From positions 1,269,382 to 1,323,645 of the forward strand of contig NC_057719.1 of assembly GCF_004010195.1 (NCBI RefSeq): a DNA stretch of 54,264 bases, in the 5' to 3' direction. The translations under genes and the position numbers were made by a program. The DNA is from Chiloscyllium plagiosum. Taxonomy: Eukaryota. The notes under the pieces are model-generated. The model saw nothing but the letters and a program-made list of their open reading frames with translations. It did no database searches and was not told the DNA's origin. Shown in pieces: positions 11,830 to 23,190 of the stretch; position 1 is the stretch's first letter; every line of letters begins with the position of its first letter.

Positions 11830-12770
11830 TTTACCTCTCAGACAAAGTTCCAAATTAATTCTACTATCCCATTCCTCACTCACAGCTCTGTAGCAATCCC
11901 CAAACTAATCCCACTGCCCCACTCTTTCCCCAAAGCTCTGTATCAATCCCCAAACTAATTCCTCTACCCCACACTTTCCCCAATCGCCCTGTATCAATCC
12001 CCAAACTAATCCTACTGCCCCACTCACTCTCCACAACCCTGTATCAATCCCTAAACTATTACAACTGCCCCGCTTTCTCCCCATAGCCCTATATCAATCC
12101 CCCCCCGCCCACTCTGCCGTAGACATGCAATTCCCGAGCCTCCTCAGCCGCCACTCCCCCTGCCCGATGCCTGGTGGAAGAATGCATGAACTTCCACCTC
12201 GGTACACTTAAACCCCAGGGTATCAATGTGGACTTCACCAGTTTACTCATTTCCCCAACCACTTCCACACCCCAAACTAATCTCACTGTCCAGCTCTCTC
12301 TCCCCATAGCCCTGTATCAACCCCCAAACTAATCCCACTGCCCCACTCTCTCCCCATACCCCGGTATCACTCCCCAAACTAATGCCACTGTCCAGCTCTC
12401 TCTCCCCATAGCCCTGTATCAACCCCCAAACTAATCCCACTGCCCCACTCTCTCCCCATACCCCGGTATCACTCCCCAAACTAATGCCACTGTCCAGCTC
12501 TCTCTCCCCATAGCCCTGTATCAACCCCCAAACTAATCCCACTGCCCCACTCTCTCCCCATAGCCTTGTATCAATTCCCAAACAATCTCTCAACCCTGTT
12601 CTCTCTCCCCGTAGCCCTGTATCGATCCCTAAACTAATCTCACTGTCCAGCTCTCTCTCCCCATAGCCCTGTATCAACCCCCAAACTAATCCCACTGCCC
12701 CACACTCTCCCCATACCCCGGTATCACTCCCCAAACTAATGCCACTGTCCAGCTCTCTCTCCCCATAGAG
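11830..12770. repeat. ~50-52-bp minisatellite that forms a 102-bp dimer toward its right end
   Basis: CCCCAAACTAATCCCACTGCCCCACTCTCTCCCCATAGCCCTGTATCAA units; equivalent positions at 12372 and 12474. Confidence 0.92.
12118..12258 (+). mobile_element. Penelope ORF C-terminal fragment inside the minisatellite
   Basis: Translates as VEECMNFHLGTLKPQGINVDFTSL, matching the recalled PLE GIY-YIG terminus (LIF.LGTL.P.GIN.DF). Confidence 0.7.
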
Positions 12771-13357
12771 TCTAACTCATTTCTCCTTGTTGTCCAGGCT
12801 GACATCCTGAATGGTCTCTGAGCCTGTGATGACAAATATTGCAGAGATAACCAGGAGTGAAAGGTTTATCTTCGACACACAGCTTACGGAATGCAGATGG
12901 GAAGATGATGAATTGGATACCTGTCCTGGCATTGCCCCTCTTACAGTCAGAGAGAGGAGCTGGCTGGGAGGGTCTGCCAGCGATAACTCTTGTCTCTATC
13001 AGTGTGGCCTTTTTCTCCCCTCACAGTGGGTACAATTCCAGCTGTGAAGGGGTTAACCGGACTGGGGCAGTGGGGGGGGGGGGGGGGGGTAGTAGTTTGG
13101 ATGGTGAGGAATGCAGCAAGGAGGCGAGACCTTGTGGAGGTGTTGCGTCTGATTCCAGTCGGAGTGCCAAGCCATTGACAATCACGCAGCCCCCACGACA
13201 GAGAGGAATCTGAAGAATGAAGAAAATCCCACTGGAATATTCACAGTGACCTTGTCACATTCGGAGAGTATGACGAGAATTCCCTGAATCTGTCACACGT
13301 CTTCATTGTTACACCCTACTCTGTAGACTGACCATTTTACAACAGGAACAAAAGACA

Positions 13358-14205
13358 TTTGTGTGTGTCTGCTTGTGTGTGTGTCTGTGTGTATGTGTGC
13401 ATGTCTGCGTGAGTGTGTCTGTGGGTATATACATGTGTCTGTGTGTACATGTCCGTATATGTGTACACATGTATCTGTGTGTACATGTCCGTGTATGTGT
13501 ACACGTGCGTCTGTGCACATGTGTCTGTGTGTGTACGAGTCTGGATTAGATTAGATTAGATTAGATTACTTACAGTGTGGAAACAGGCCCTTCGGCCCAA
13601 CAAGTCCACACCGACCCGCCGAAGCGTAACCCACCCATTCCCCTACATTTACCCCTTTTACCTAACACTACAGGCAATTTAGCATGGCCAATTCACCTGA
13701 CCTGCACATCTTTGGACTGTGAGAGGAAACCGGAGCACCCGGAGGAAACCCACGCAGACACAGGGAGAATGTGCAAACTCCACACAGTCAGTCGCCTGAG
13801 GCGGGAATTGAACCCGGGTCTCTGGCGCTGTGAGGCAGCAGTGCTAGCCACTGAGCCACCGTGCCGCCCACAAATGTGTGTACACGTATGTCTGTGTGTA
13901 TGTGTCTGTGTGTGTGTACATGTGTGTCTGTGCATACGTGTCTGTGTGTATATATCTGTGTGTGGGTGTGAGACTGTGTGTGTATATCTGTGTATGTGTG
14001 TTGTGAGTGTGAGCATCTGTGTGTGAGTGTGTGTGTGTGTGTGAGTGTGTGTGTGTGTGTATGTAAGTGTGAGCATGTGTGTGTATATGTGTATCTCTGT
14101 ATGTGTGTATGTAAGTGTGAGCATGTGTGTGTATATGTGTATCTCTGTATGTGTGAGAGCGTGTGTGTGTCTGTATCTGTGTCTACGTGTGAGTGTGAGT
14201 ATGTG
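13358..14205. repeat. Degenerate (GT/AT)-rich microsatellite tract, split by a SINE
   Basis: Alternating purine-pyrimidine GTGTGT, GTAT and GTCT units on both sides of 13544-13869. Confidence 0.92.
13544..13869 (-). mobile_element. Full-length HE1-type SINE with (TCTAA)n tail
   Basis: Reverse complement of GGCACGGTGGCTCAGTGG...GGTTCAATTCC, V-core and tail; (GATTA)5 on the + strand. Confidence 0.95.
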
Positions 14206-14744
14206 ACTGTCCAATCTGTCTGTGCTTGTGCGTTTGTAGCTATTGCATGTTTTAATTACAGCTTGGTATACTGCTATGCATTAATTTTCACCAAAAGCGA
14301 TTAATCAGCTCAAATTATCTCTGACACATTTCAGAGGGAGTGACATTAATCTTCATGCTCAGCTTGAAATTAGATTCATCCTGTGGTGGATCAATGTTTG
14401 ATGTACATTGGATCTGGCAGCTTTGAGGTGTTTTATTCCTCATGTTAATTCTTGCAGCGGGATACAGTCTGAAAGGGTTAAAATACCAGCCAGTTTCCAT
14501 CGGGTTAGAGTTCCTTACTTGTGTCTCAAATCACAGTGATCTAATTGAGAAGGTTTAAAGAATTCCTTACTGTTAGGAACAACGTATACCGTTAGGTTAA
14601 TTTGTATTTGGGGGTGTTAAGAAGAGGGAGACATCGTTGGAGTTTCATTTTCCTGACTTGTTTATGTTGGTTAGTGTACATCGCCTGAAAACCTGTTTGT
14701 TTGGCCACTTTTCTCCTCAGATTTTGCAACCCTTGACATTTTTA

Positions 14745-15875
14745 AAAATTATTCCTTCATGGGATTTAGGCATATCTGTTTGGGCCCAGCATTTATTGCT
14801 CGTCCCTAGTTGCCCCTTGAGAAGGTGGGAGTGAGATGCCTTCTGGAACCGCTGCAGTCCATATGCTATGGGTTGACCCACAATGCCCTTAGAGAGGGAA
14901 TTCCAGGATTCTGACCCAGTGACACTGAAGGAACAGCAATATATTTCCAAGTCAGGATGGTTCAGAGGGGAACTTGCAGGGGATGGTGTTCCCATGTATC
15001 TCCTGCCCTTGTCCTTCTAGATGGAAGTGGTTGTGGGTATGGAAGGTGCTGTCTGAGGATCTTTGGTGAGTTTCTGCAGTGCATCTTGTAGATGGTACAC
15101 ACTGCTGCTACTGAGCGTCGGTGGTGGAGGGAGTGGGTATTTGTGGATGTGGTGCCAATCAAGCGGCTTGCCCTGTACTCATCCAGGGCAAGTGAAGAGT
15201 ATTCCCTCCCACTCCTGACTTGTGTCTTGTAGGTGGTGGGACAGGCGTTGGGCAGATGGGTTAATACGCCACCCTCTCACCTGCCCTTGTAGCCACCTTG
15301 TTTATGTGGCAAGTCCAGCTGAGCTTCTGATTAATGGTAACCCCCGGAATGTTGATTATGAGAAATTCCAAGATCATAACACCATTAAATGTCAAGGGGG
15401 TGGTGATTACATTGTCTTTTACTGGAGATGGCAGTAGCCTGGCGTGGTGTGGTGTGAATGTTACTTGCCACTTGTCAGCCCCAGCTTGGAAATTGTCCAC
15501 AGTTTTCCCCTGATTCCCATTGATTCCATCTTTGCCGGGGCTCCTCGATGCCACACTCGGTTGAACGTGGCCTCGGTGTCAAGGGCAGTCCCTCTCCCCT
15601 CCCATCTGGAATCCAGCACTTTTGTCCATGTTTGAGCCAAGGCTGTAATGAGGTCAGGAGCTGAGTGACCCTGGTGGAACCCAAACTGGGTGTCACTGAG
15701 GAGGTTATTGCTGAGCAGGTGCTGCTTGATAGCACCGTTGGTGACCCCTTCCATCACTTTCCTGATGATTGAGAGTAGTCTGATGGGGCAGTAATTGGCC
15801 GAGTTGGACTTGTCCTGTTTTCCAGGACATACCTGGGCAATTTTCCACATTGTTGGGTAAATGCCAGTGTTCATG
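14745..15875 (-). mobile_element. Second-family CR1/L2-group LINE, deleted copy with 3' end
   Basis: NTGIYPTMWKIAQVCP..DKSN.ANY.PI.LLSII.KVME..QFGF.QGHSAPDL; HRRSVAAVCTIYKMHC. Confidence 0.9.
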
Positions 15876-15879
15876 AGTT

Positions 15880-17145
15880 CATATGATACATGAACAGATT
15901 AGGCCATTCAGCCCATTGAGTCTGCTCCACCATTCGATCATGGCTGATATGATCCTCGCCCCTATTTTCCTGCCTTCTCCCTATAATCCTTCAACCCATT
16001 ACCAATTAAAAACCTGTCTAACTCCTCCTTAAATTTACTCACTGTCCCAGCATCCACCACACTATGGGAGGGATAGTGAATTCCACAGATTCCCAACCCT
16101 TTGGGGGAAGTAGTCTTTCTTCAGCTCTGTTTTAAATTTGCTGCCCCTTACCCTGAGACTGTGACCTCTCGTCCCAGAATGCCCCAAAAGAGGAAGCATC
16201 TGCTCCATGTCTATTTTATCCTGACCTTTTTATCATCTTGAATACCTCAATGTGACCTCTCCCCATTCTTCAAAGTTCCAGAGAGTATCAGCCTCAATTG
16301 TTCAATCTCTCTTCATATGACAAACCCCTCCTCTCTGGGATCAATCTAGTGATCCTCCTCTGAACTGCCTCTAATGCCACTACAGCTTTCCTGAAATAAG
16401 GAGACCAAATCTGTGCACAATACTCCAGGTGCGGTCCAGGTGCCTTGTATGGTTGCAACAGTATTTCCTTACCTTTATATTCTATTCCTTTAGCTATAAA
16501 AGTCAACATTCCATTCGCTTCCTTTATCATCTGCTGCTTTCAGTGACTCATGAACAAGGACACCCAGACCCCTCTGTACTGTAGCACCCTGAAATTCCTC
16601 CCCTTTTAGATAATAGGTCACCTTCCCATTTTGTCAACCCAAATGCATGACCTCACACTTAGCCTTGTTAAACTCCATCTGCCACATTTTGGCCCACTCT
16701 CCTAACCTATCCACAACCATTTGGAAGGTTCTTATTTCCTCATTGCAATTTACAGTCAAATCTACATTTGTGCTGTCCCCAAATTTAGCTATAGAGCCTT
16801 CTATCCCTGTATCCAAGTCATTAATGTAGATCAGGAGAAGGTAAGGACTGCAGATGCTGGAAATCAGAGTTGATAGAGTGGTGCTGGAAAAGCACAGCAG
16901 GTCAAGCAGCATCCGAGGAGCAGGAGAATCGACAATTCCAGCATAAGCCCTTCATGAGGAATCGTCGACTCTCCTTTTCCTCTGATGCTGCCTGACCTAC
17001 TGTGTCTTTCCAGCACCACACTCTCGATGTTAATGTGGATTGAAGGTTCCTGGGGTCCAAGGTCGGAATCCTATGGCACCCCATTAGTTAAACCTTGCCA
17101 CCCAGGAAGAAAACACCCAGTTATCCCGACTCTCTGTCTTCTGTT
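15880..17145 (-). mobile_element. Old CR1 copy interrupted by a PLE inverted pair
   Basis: Minus-strand IYINDLDTGIEGSIAKF.D, KEANGML.FIAKGIEYK, LEYCAQIWSPY. Confidence 0.88.
16832..17029. mobile_element. Penelope-like inverted terminal-repeat pair with ~11-bp TSD
   Basis: GTGGTGCTGGAAAAGCACAGCAGGTCA...GTCGAC...CCTGACCTACTGTGTCTTTCCAGCACCAC inverted; TTAATGT(A/G)GAT at 16821 and 17030. Confidence 0.8.
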
Positions 17146-17209
17146 GTGGCAGAACTGGAACAGCTTGGGTGGGGGAGCAGCAAGTTCTGGAGCACAAGTC
17201 TTCAGTACT

Positions 17210-18280
17210 TCAAGTTAGCCAGTGGCAAATGGAATTGAATCCGGAGGAGTGTGAGCTAATGCACCTGTGCATGACAAACAGAAGGGAATACATGGTGAGT
17301 GGTGGGATGCCGGGATGTATCGAGGATCAGAGGGATCTTGGTGCATGTCCACTGGTCCCTTATGGGAGCAGGATAGGTGGATAAAGTGGTTCAGAAATCA
17401 TACAGGATACTTGCCTTTATTAGATGAAGCATTGAGTTTAAGGGGGAGGAGGTAATGCTGAAACTGTATAAAAAGTGCATTAGACTATAGCTACTCTGTG
17501 ACCAGCAGTGTGCCAAAAGGATCGGTGCTGGGTTCACTACTTTTCATCATTTATATAAATGATTTGGATGCGAGCATAAGAGGTACAGTTAGTAAGTTCA
17601 CAGATGACTCCAAAATTGGAGATGTAGTGGACAGCAAAGAAGGTTACCTCAGATTACAACAGGATCTGGACCAGATGGGCCAATGGGCTGAGAAGTGGTA
17701 GTTGGAGTTTAATTCAGATAAATGCGAGGTGCTGCCTTTTGGGAAAGCAAATCTTAGCAGGACTTATTCACTTAATGGTAAGGTCCTAGGAAGTGTTGCT
17801 ATTTACAAAGATGTTGCCAGGGTTGGAGGATCTGAACTATAGGGAGAGGCTGAACAGGTTGGGGCTGTTTTCCCTGGACTGTTGGAGGCTGAGGGGTGAC
17901 CTTATAGAGGTTTATAAAATTATTAGGGGCATGGATAGGATAAATAGGCAAGGTCTTTTCCCTGGGGTTGGGGAGTCCAGAACTAGAGGGCATAGGTTTA
18001 GGGTGAGAGGGGAAAGATAAAAAAGAGACCTAAGGGGCAACTTTTTCACACAGAGGGTGATGTGTGAATGGAATGAGCTGCCAGAGGAAGTGGTGGAGGC
18101 TGGTACAATCACAACATTTAAGAGGCATCTGGATGGGTATATGAATAGGAAGGGTTTGGAGGGATATGGGCCAAGTGCTGGCAGGTGGGACTAGATTGGG
18201 TTGGGGTATCTGGTTGAGACAGGTTTGACCGAAGGATCTGTTTCCATGCTGTACATCTCTATGACACTACGACTCTATGA
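17210..18280 (+). mobile_element. Two CR1 fragments (an old one, and a younger internally deleted one with tail)
   Basis: WQMELNPEECELMH; VPKGSVLGSLLFIIYINDLD..KFTDD; LPGLEDLNYRERLNRLGLFSL; CTATGAC tail. Confidence 0.9.
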
Positions 18281-18529
18281 GAGCAAGGCATGCACTTACC
18301 ACCCATCACTCATTGCCTTTGAGAACATGATTGTGAATGTGTCCTTGAAAAACCACAATCTCTGCTGGCAGTGGTCAAATGCTGTCAGCATTTCCAACTT
18401 TAACCCAGTCATGATGAAGGAATAGTCGTATATTTCCCGGTAGAGGATGGCTTCTGACTTTGGGATGATGGTGTTCCCATGTGCCTGCTGTGTTTGCCTA
18501 GAGAGGTGAAAATACTGTGACAAAAGCCT

Positions 18530-19125
18530 CAGGGATATGAGAGAACTGGAGAAGGTGTGGAGGAGATTGACCAGGATAGTGCCCGGGCTGGAGAGTTTCA
18601 GTCATGAAGAGAGATCGGACAGACTCCTTACAGCAGAACAGAGTGAAGGGAGACAAGTATTAAATTATGAGGGGCAGAGACAGTTTAGAGACAGATAAAA
18701 GTGCAGATGCTGAAATCCAGGGTAGACAAGCAGGAGGCTGGAGGAACACAGCAAGCCAGGCAGCACCAGAAGGTGGAGAGGTCAATGTTTCCCTTCTTAG
18801 ACAGAGTAAGCCGGAAGGAGCTTTTCCCCTTAATGGAGGGATCAGTGACCGGGGAGATATCGATTTAAGGTGACGGGCAGGAGGGTTCGAGGGGATGTGA
18901 GGAAAAGCCTTATCACCCAGAGAGTGGTGGGAATCTGGAATCGGAAGCAGAAACCTTAGAACATTGACGGAGTGTTTCAGTGTGTCCCTGTGAGGCTGAG
19001 ACGTTCAGAACTATGGGCCAAGTGCTGGGAAATGGGATTAGGGTAGTTAGGGGGTGGCTTTTGGCCGGCGCAGTTTCAGTGAGCCGAAGGGACGTTCTCT
19101 GTGCTGTGGAGATCGCTGACTCTGT
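18530..19125 (+). mobile_element. Old CR1 3' fragment containing a PLE-like piece (~18697-18792)
   Basis: CR1-like GGGCTGGAGAGTTTCAGTCATGAAGAGAG...GGGCCAAGTGCTGG; insert GCAGATGCTG...CACAGCAAGCCAGGCAGCA. Confidence 0.7.
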
Positions 19126-19729
19126 GAAGCCCACCCTCTGGTCTTGTCCACAGTCACAGTTTTCGAAGGCTGCTGTTGTCAGGAAGAAGTGAGAAATGAG
19201 GGACAGCCCCTCTGGAATCTGCTGGGTTTTCCAGCTCCCTGGTCAGCTGCTGTCAATGCAAACTACAATTAACGGCGAGTGTGGAACTTACAGGGAGACC
19301 TCTAAGGCAGTGTCACGCTGTAATTACCTGGCACATCACTCAGTCAACGCACTAATAACACAGGCCGATATATGTCTGCTGCAATACACCCACTCCTGTC
19401 AGTATTAATAATTCAGTGGAACTCTCCTCCAAATATCTCCCTGCGGATTTTTCTGTCTCCTCTGCATTAGCTTACAGCCAAATACCACCTGCCCGTTCCC
19501 CAACCCTTCAGTCTGATCCCTCCATTCTCCCGCCCACAAGCCCCATCAACCACCTGCCTGGCCGGTTAAGGGAGGATCAGCCTCATCCAAGCTGCCAACC
19601 CGCCTGAGATACACGTAACTCCTGTCCTAGACCTGCCTGCACCTACAGTGGAGAGCAGGGTCACCCCCAATAGCAGGGTCTCCCTGCTCTAGGGACTCTG
19701 CGATGAAACTGAAGGGTACACTATTCATT

Positions 19730-19936
19730 AAGTCATAGAGTCATAGAGATGTACAGCATAGAAACAGACCCTTCGGTCCAACCCATCCATGCCAACCAGA
19801 TACCCCAACCCAGTATAGTCCCACCTGCCAGCACCCGGCCCATATCCCTTCAAACCCTTCCTATTCATATACCCATCCAAATGCCTCTTAAATGTTGCAA
19901 TTGTACCAGCCTCCACCACATCCTCTGGCAGCTCAT
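19730..19936 (-). mobile_element. CR1 3' tail
   Basis: GTCATAGAGTCATAGAGATGTACAGC...; VEAGTIATFKRHLDGYMNRKG on the minus strand. Confidence 0.9.
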
Positions 19937-20159
19937 TAAGACAGCATCGACTCAGAATAACCCTCCAAATGGTTATCCCATTCCTTTATAAAAGTTACTG
20001 GTGATTTTCCGACTCCACATTCCAGATCATAACGACTCACTTTGTAAAAGAATTATCCTGCACTAATTCCTGGTCCCTGTGTCAAATCTGTGTCCCACAC
20101 CGAAAACTTACAGTTAAGATTTGGAGGCTGTTTGACCAGGAAGTGCATGACAGTTAAGA

Positions 20160-20690
20160 AACTGCCTCCCCAAAGCCTGTCCACCATTTACAAGGCACAA
20201 GTCAGGAGTGTGATGGAATCCTCCCCACTTGCCCTGGATTGGTGCAGCTCCAACATCACTCAAGAAGCTTTTCACCATCCAGGACAAAGCAGCCGCTTGA
20301 TTGGCCCCACATCCACAAACACCCCCTCCCTCCATCACCGATGCTCAGTAGCAGCAGTGTGTACCATCTACAAGATGCACTGCAGAAACTCACCAAAGAT
20401 CCTCAGACAGCACCTTCCAAACCCACAGCCACTTCCATTTAGAAGGACAAGGGCAGCAGATACATGGGAACACCACCCCCTGCAAGTTCCCCTCCAAGCC
20501 CCTCACCATCCTGACCTGGAAATATATCACCGTTCCTTCAGTGTCCCTGGGTCAGAATCCTGGAATTCCCTCCCTAAGGGCATTGTGGGTCAACCCACAG
20601 CACGTGGACTGCAGCGGGTCAAGGAGGCAGCTCATCTCCTTAAAGCTAAAGTTAAAGCTGGTCCAACCAGCAATGATCAAATCACATGAC
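20160..20690 (+). mobile_element. Second-family LINE 3' fragment
   Basis: PQSLSTIYKAQVRSVME...HHRCSVAAVCTIYKMHCRNSPKILRQHLPNP. Confidence 0.9.
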
Positions 20691-21265
20691 CAACTAACGA
20701 AAAAGTCAACCAATCATCGAACTTATACATCCCTTATTAGTGACTGTGAGGAGGGTGAGGGTGAGGGTCAGTGAGGGTGAGGAGAGTGCGAGTGAGGGTC
20801 ACTGAGGGCAAATCACATGACCAACTAACGAAAAAGTCAACCAATCATCGAACTTATACATCCCTTATTAGTGACTGTGAGGAGGGTGAGGGTCAGTGAA
20901 GGTGAGGAGGGTGAGGGTCAGTGAGTGTGAGGAGAGTGCGAGTGAGGGTCACTGAGGGTGAGGGTCAGTGAGTGTGAGGAGGGTGAGGGTGAGTGTCAGT
21001 GAGGATGAGGAGAGTGAGGGTGAGGGCGAGGATGAGGGTGAGGGGGGTGAGGGTGAGGGTCAGTGAGTATGAGGAGAGTGAGGAGGGTGAGGGTCACTGA
21101 GGGTGAGGGTGAGGGTAAGTGAGGGTGAGGAGAGTGAGGGTGAGGAGGGTGAGGGTGAGGGTCAGTGAGTGTGAGGAGGGTGAGGGTGAGGGTCACTGAG
21201 GGGGATGAGAGTGAGGGTGAGGGCGAGGACGAGGGTGAGGCTGAGGGGGGTGAGAGTGAGGGTTG
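20678..21265. repeat. 131-bp tandem duplication followed by a G-rich (GAGGGT)-based minisatellite
   Basis: CAAATCACATGACCAACTAACG... at 20678 and 20809; GAGGGTGAGGGTCAGT units to ~21265. Confidence 0.92.
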
Positions 21266-21639
21266 GGTCATTAATCCCTGGGTCAGTCTCATTCAGACAC
21301 TGGCGGAGTTAACCCTGTATTTGCCAGAGCACAGCTGCCTGGACTTCTTGTTCCTGTGAAACATTGATAACTCCGCTGTCTAATAAAGCTGCCCTCACAT
21401 CACTGAGAATGGTTCAAATGGACTTCAGCCTCTCGCTAACATATTCCTGCTTGCCATAGAATAACATGACACAAACAGAAACACAGAGAATGCTGGAGAA
21501 ACTCAGCAGGTCTGGCTTCATTGAGGAAGAGAAAGAAATGTAATCCTTTTGAGTACATTGACGCCTCTTCAGAATACAATTTACATCGTGGCCAGGGACA
21601 ACAAACCGTCCAATATTATCATTCCAAATAAAAAAACAT

Positions 21640-21930
21640 ACTCCCAGACAGTGCTGTACATACCCAATGCTGTATATAATAATCCCAGACAGTGCTGTAC
21701 ATACCCAATGCTGTATGTAATAGTCCCAGACAGTGCTGTACATACCCAATGCTGTATATAATAATCCCAGACAGTGCTGTACATACCCAATGCTGTATAT
21801 AATACTCCCAGACAGTGCTGTATGCACCCAATGCTGTATATAATACTCCCAGACAGTGCTATATATTCTCAGTGCTGTATACAATACTTCCAGACAATGC
21901 TGTATGTACTGGTGTTGTATATAATACTCC
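21640..21930. repeat. 41-bp minisatellite
   Basis: CCCAGACAGTGCTGTACATACCCAATGCTGTATATAATAAT, about 7 copies. Confidence 0.93.
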
Positions 21931-22021
21931 CTGAAGAAAGGCTCATGCCCGAAACGTCAATTCTCCTGGTCCTTGGATGCTGCCTGACCTGCTGCGCTTT
22001 TCCAGCAACACATTTTCAGCT
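21930..22021 (+). mobile_element. PLE terminal-repeat fragment with hammerhead motif
   Basis: CTGAAGA-AAGGC TCAT GCCC-GAAACGTC-AATT followed by GGATGCTGCCTGACCTGCTGCGCTTTTCCAGCAACAC. Confidence 0.78.
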
Positions 22022-22570
22022 CTGTATGTATTCCATGCTGTATGTACCCAGTGCTGTATGTATTCCATGCAGTATGTATTCCATGAGGTACCCTGTGCTG
22101 TATGTATTCCATGCTGTATATACCCTGTGCTGTATGTATTCCATGCTGTATGTACCCAGTGCTGTATGTATTCCATGCGGTACCCTGTGCTGTATGTATC
22201 CCATGCTGTATATACCCAGTGCTGTATGTATTCCATGCTGTATATACCCTGTGCTGTATGTATTCCATGCTGTATGTATTCCATGCTGTATATACCCAGT
22301 GCTGTATGTATTCCATGCTGTATAAACCCTGTGCTGTATGTATTCCATGCTGTATGTATTCCATGCTGTCTATACCCAGTGCTGTATGTATTCCATGTTG
22401 TACGTACCCAGTGCTGTATGTACCCTGTGCTGTATGCACCCAGTGCTGTATGTACCCAGTGCTGTATGTATTCCATGCTGTATGTATTCCATGCTGTATA
22501 TACCCTGTGCTGTATGTACCCTGTGCTGTATGTACTCAGTGCTGTATGTACCCAATGCTGTATGTATTCC
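22022..22570. repeat. 16/17-bp composite minisatellite
   Basis: TGCTGTATGTATTCCA and GTGCTGTATRTACCCW subunits interspersed. Confidence 0.93.
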
Positions 22571-22571
22571 A

Positions 22572-22665
22572 GATTTGACTGACTATTGTGGTGTCATCAG
22601 TGAACTTGTAAATGGCATTAGTCTGGTATTTGGCGACGCAGTCATGGGTATACAGTGAGTACAGT
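22572..22665 (-). mobile_element. Rex1/Babar LINE RT fragment
   Basis: Reverse complement translates LYSLYTHDCVAKYQTNAIYKFTDDTTIV (the Rex1 LYTHDC...KFADDTT motif). Confidence 0.75.
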
Positions 22666-23190
22666 AGGTGTTTGTACATGGGGAGAGCTGTATATAATCC
22701 CTGACAATCCATTTCACACAGACAGGATTTGGCATAGCTATTTGAGACTGTATTAATAAAACTGAGTAAATTATTCCAAGACCTCTCATTGAACTGCCCC
22801 CAGTGCTGACTGCCCTCAGTGTGAATTAACTGGCCTTACTGTTCCTGCAGAAACACAGGAACCACTTTGTGTAAAACTGTGGGACTGATGAGGCTCTGAA
22901 CCACTCTCATGTTCCATTAGACCCAATTATCCCAGTTACCATCAGGTAAACACTCACTTCAACCAATTAGATTCAGGTGCTGCTTGCGCTATCTTCATGG
23001 TTGATGCAGACACATTTGTTTGATTGAACAGTGTGGGCGGTTTCAACATCACCCTCCCTCCCTCAATCCAATCTCAATATTCCCCTCACCAATTCTCTTG
23101 CCACTCCCCTACCCTGATTGCCCTCCTCCCCCGTCCTCTGCCCCCTTCCCAACCTAATACCCCTTACATGCCCTGCGACCCCTCCATATT

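Noticed and set aside
12798..13213. Candidate + strand exon or ORFs after TTGTCCAG
   Set aside because: Stops in all three frames soon after the acceptor, no recognisable protein and no clear donor.
8600..14540. Ig/TCR locus signals (CACAGTG heptamers, ATTTGCAT octamer at 8813)
   Set aside because: No nonamer at 12/23 spacing and no V-, J- or C-like peptide; these short motifs are expected by chance.
19161..19189. FSKAAVVRKK as a possible PPP1R36 upstream exon
   Set aside because: Only 29 bp with weak resemblance; not supportable.
21414..22658. Overlapping Cys/Tyr/His-rich ORFs; also those at 112-504, 12243-12734 and 13293-14304
   Set aside because: Translations of mini- and microsatellites.
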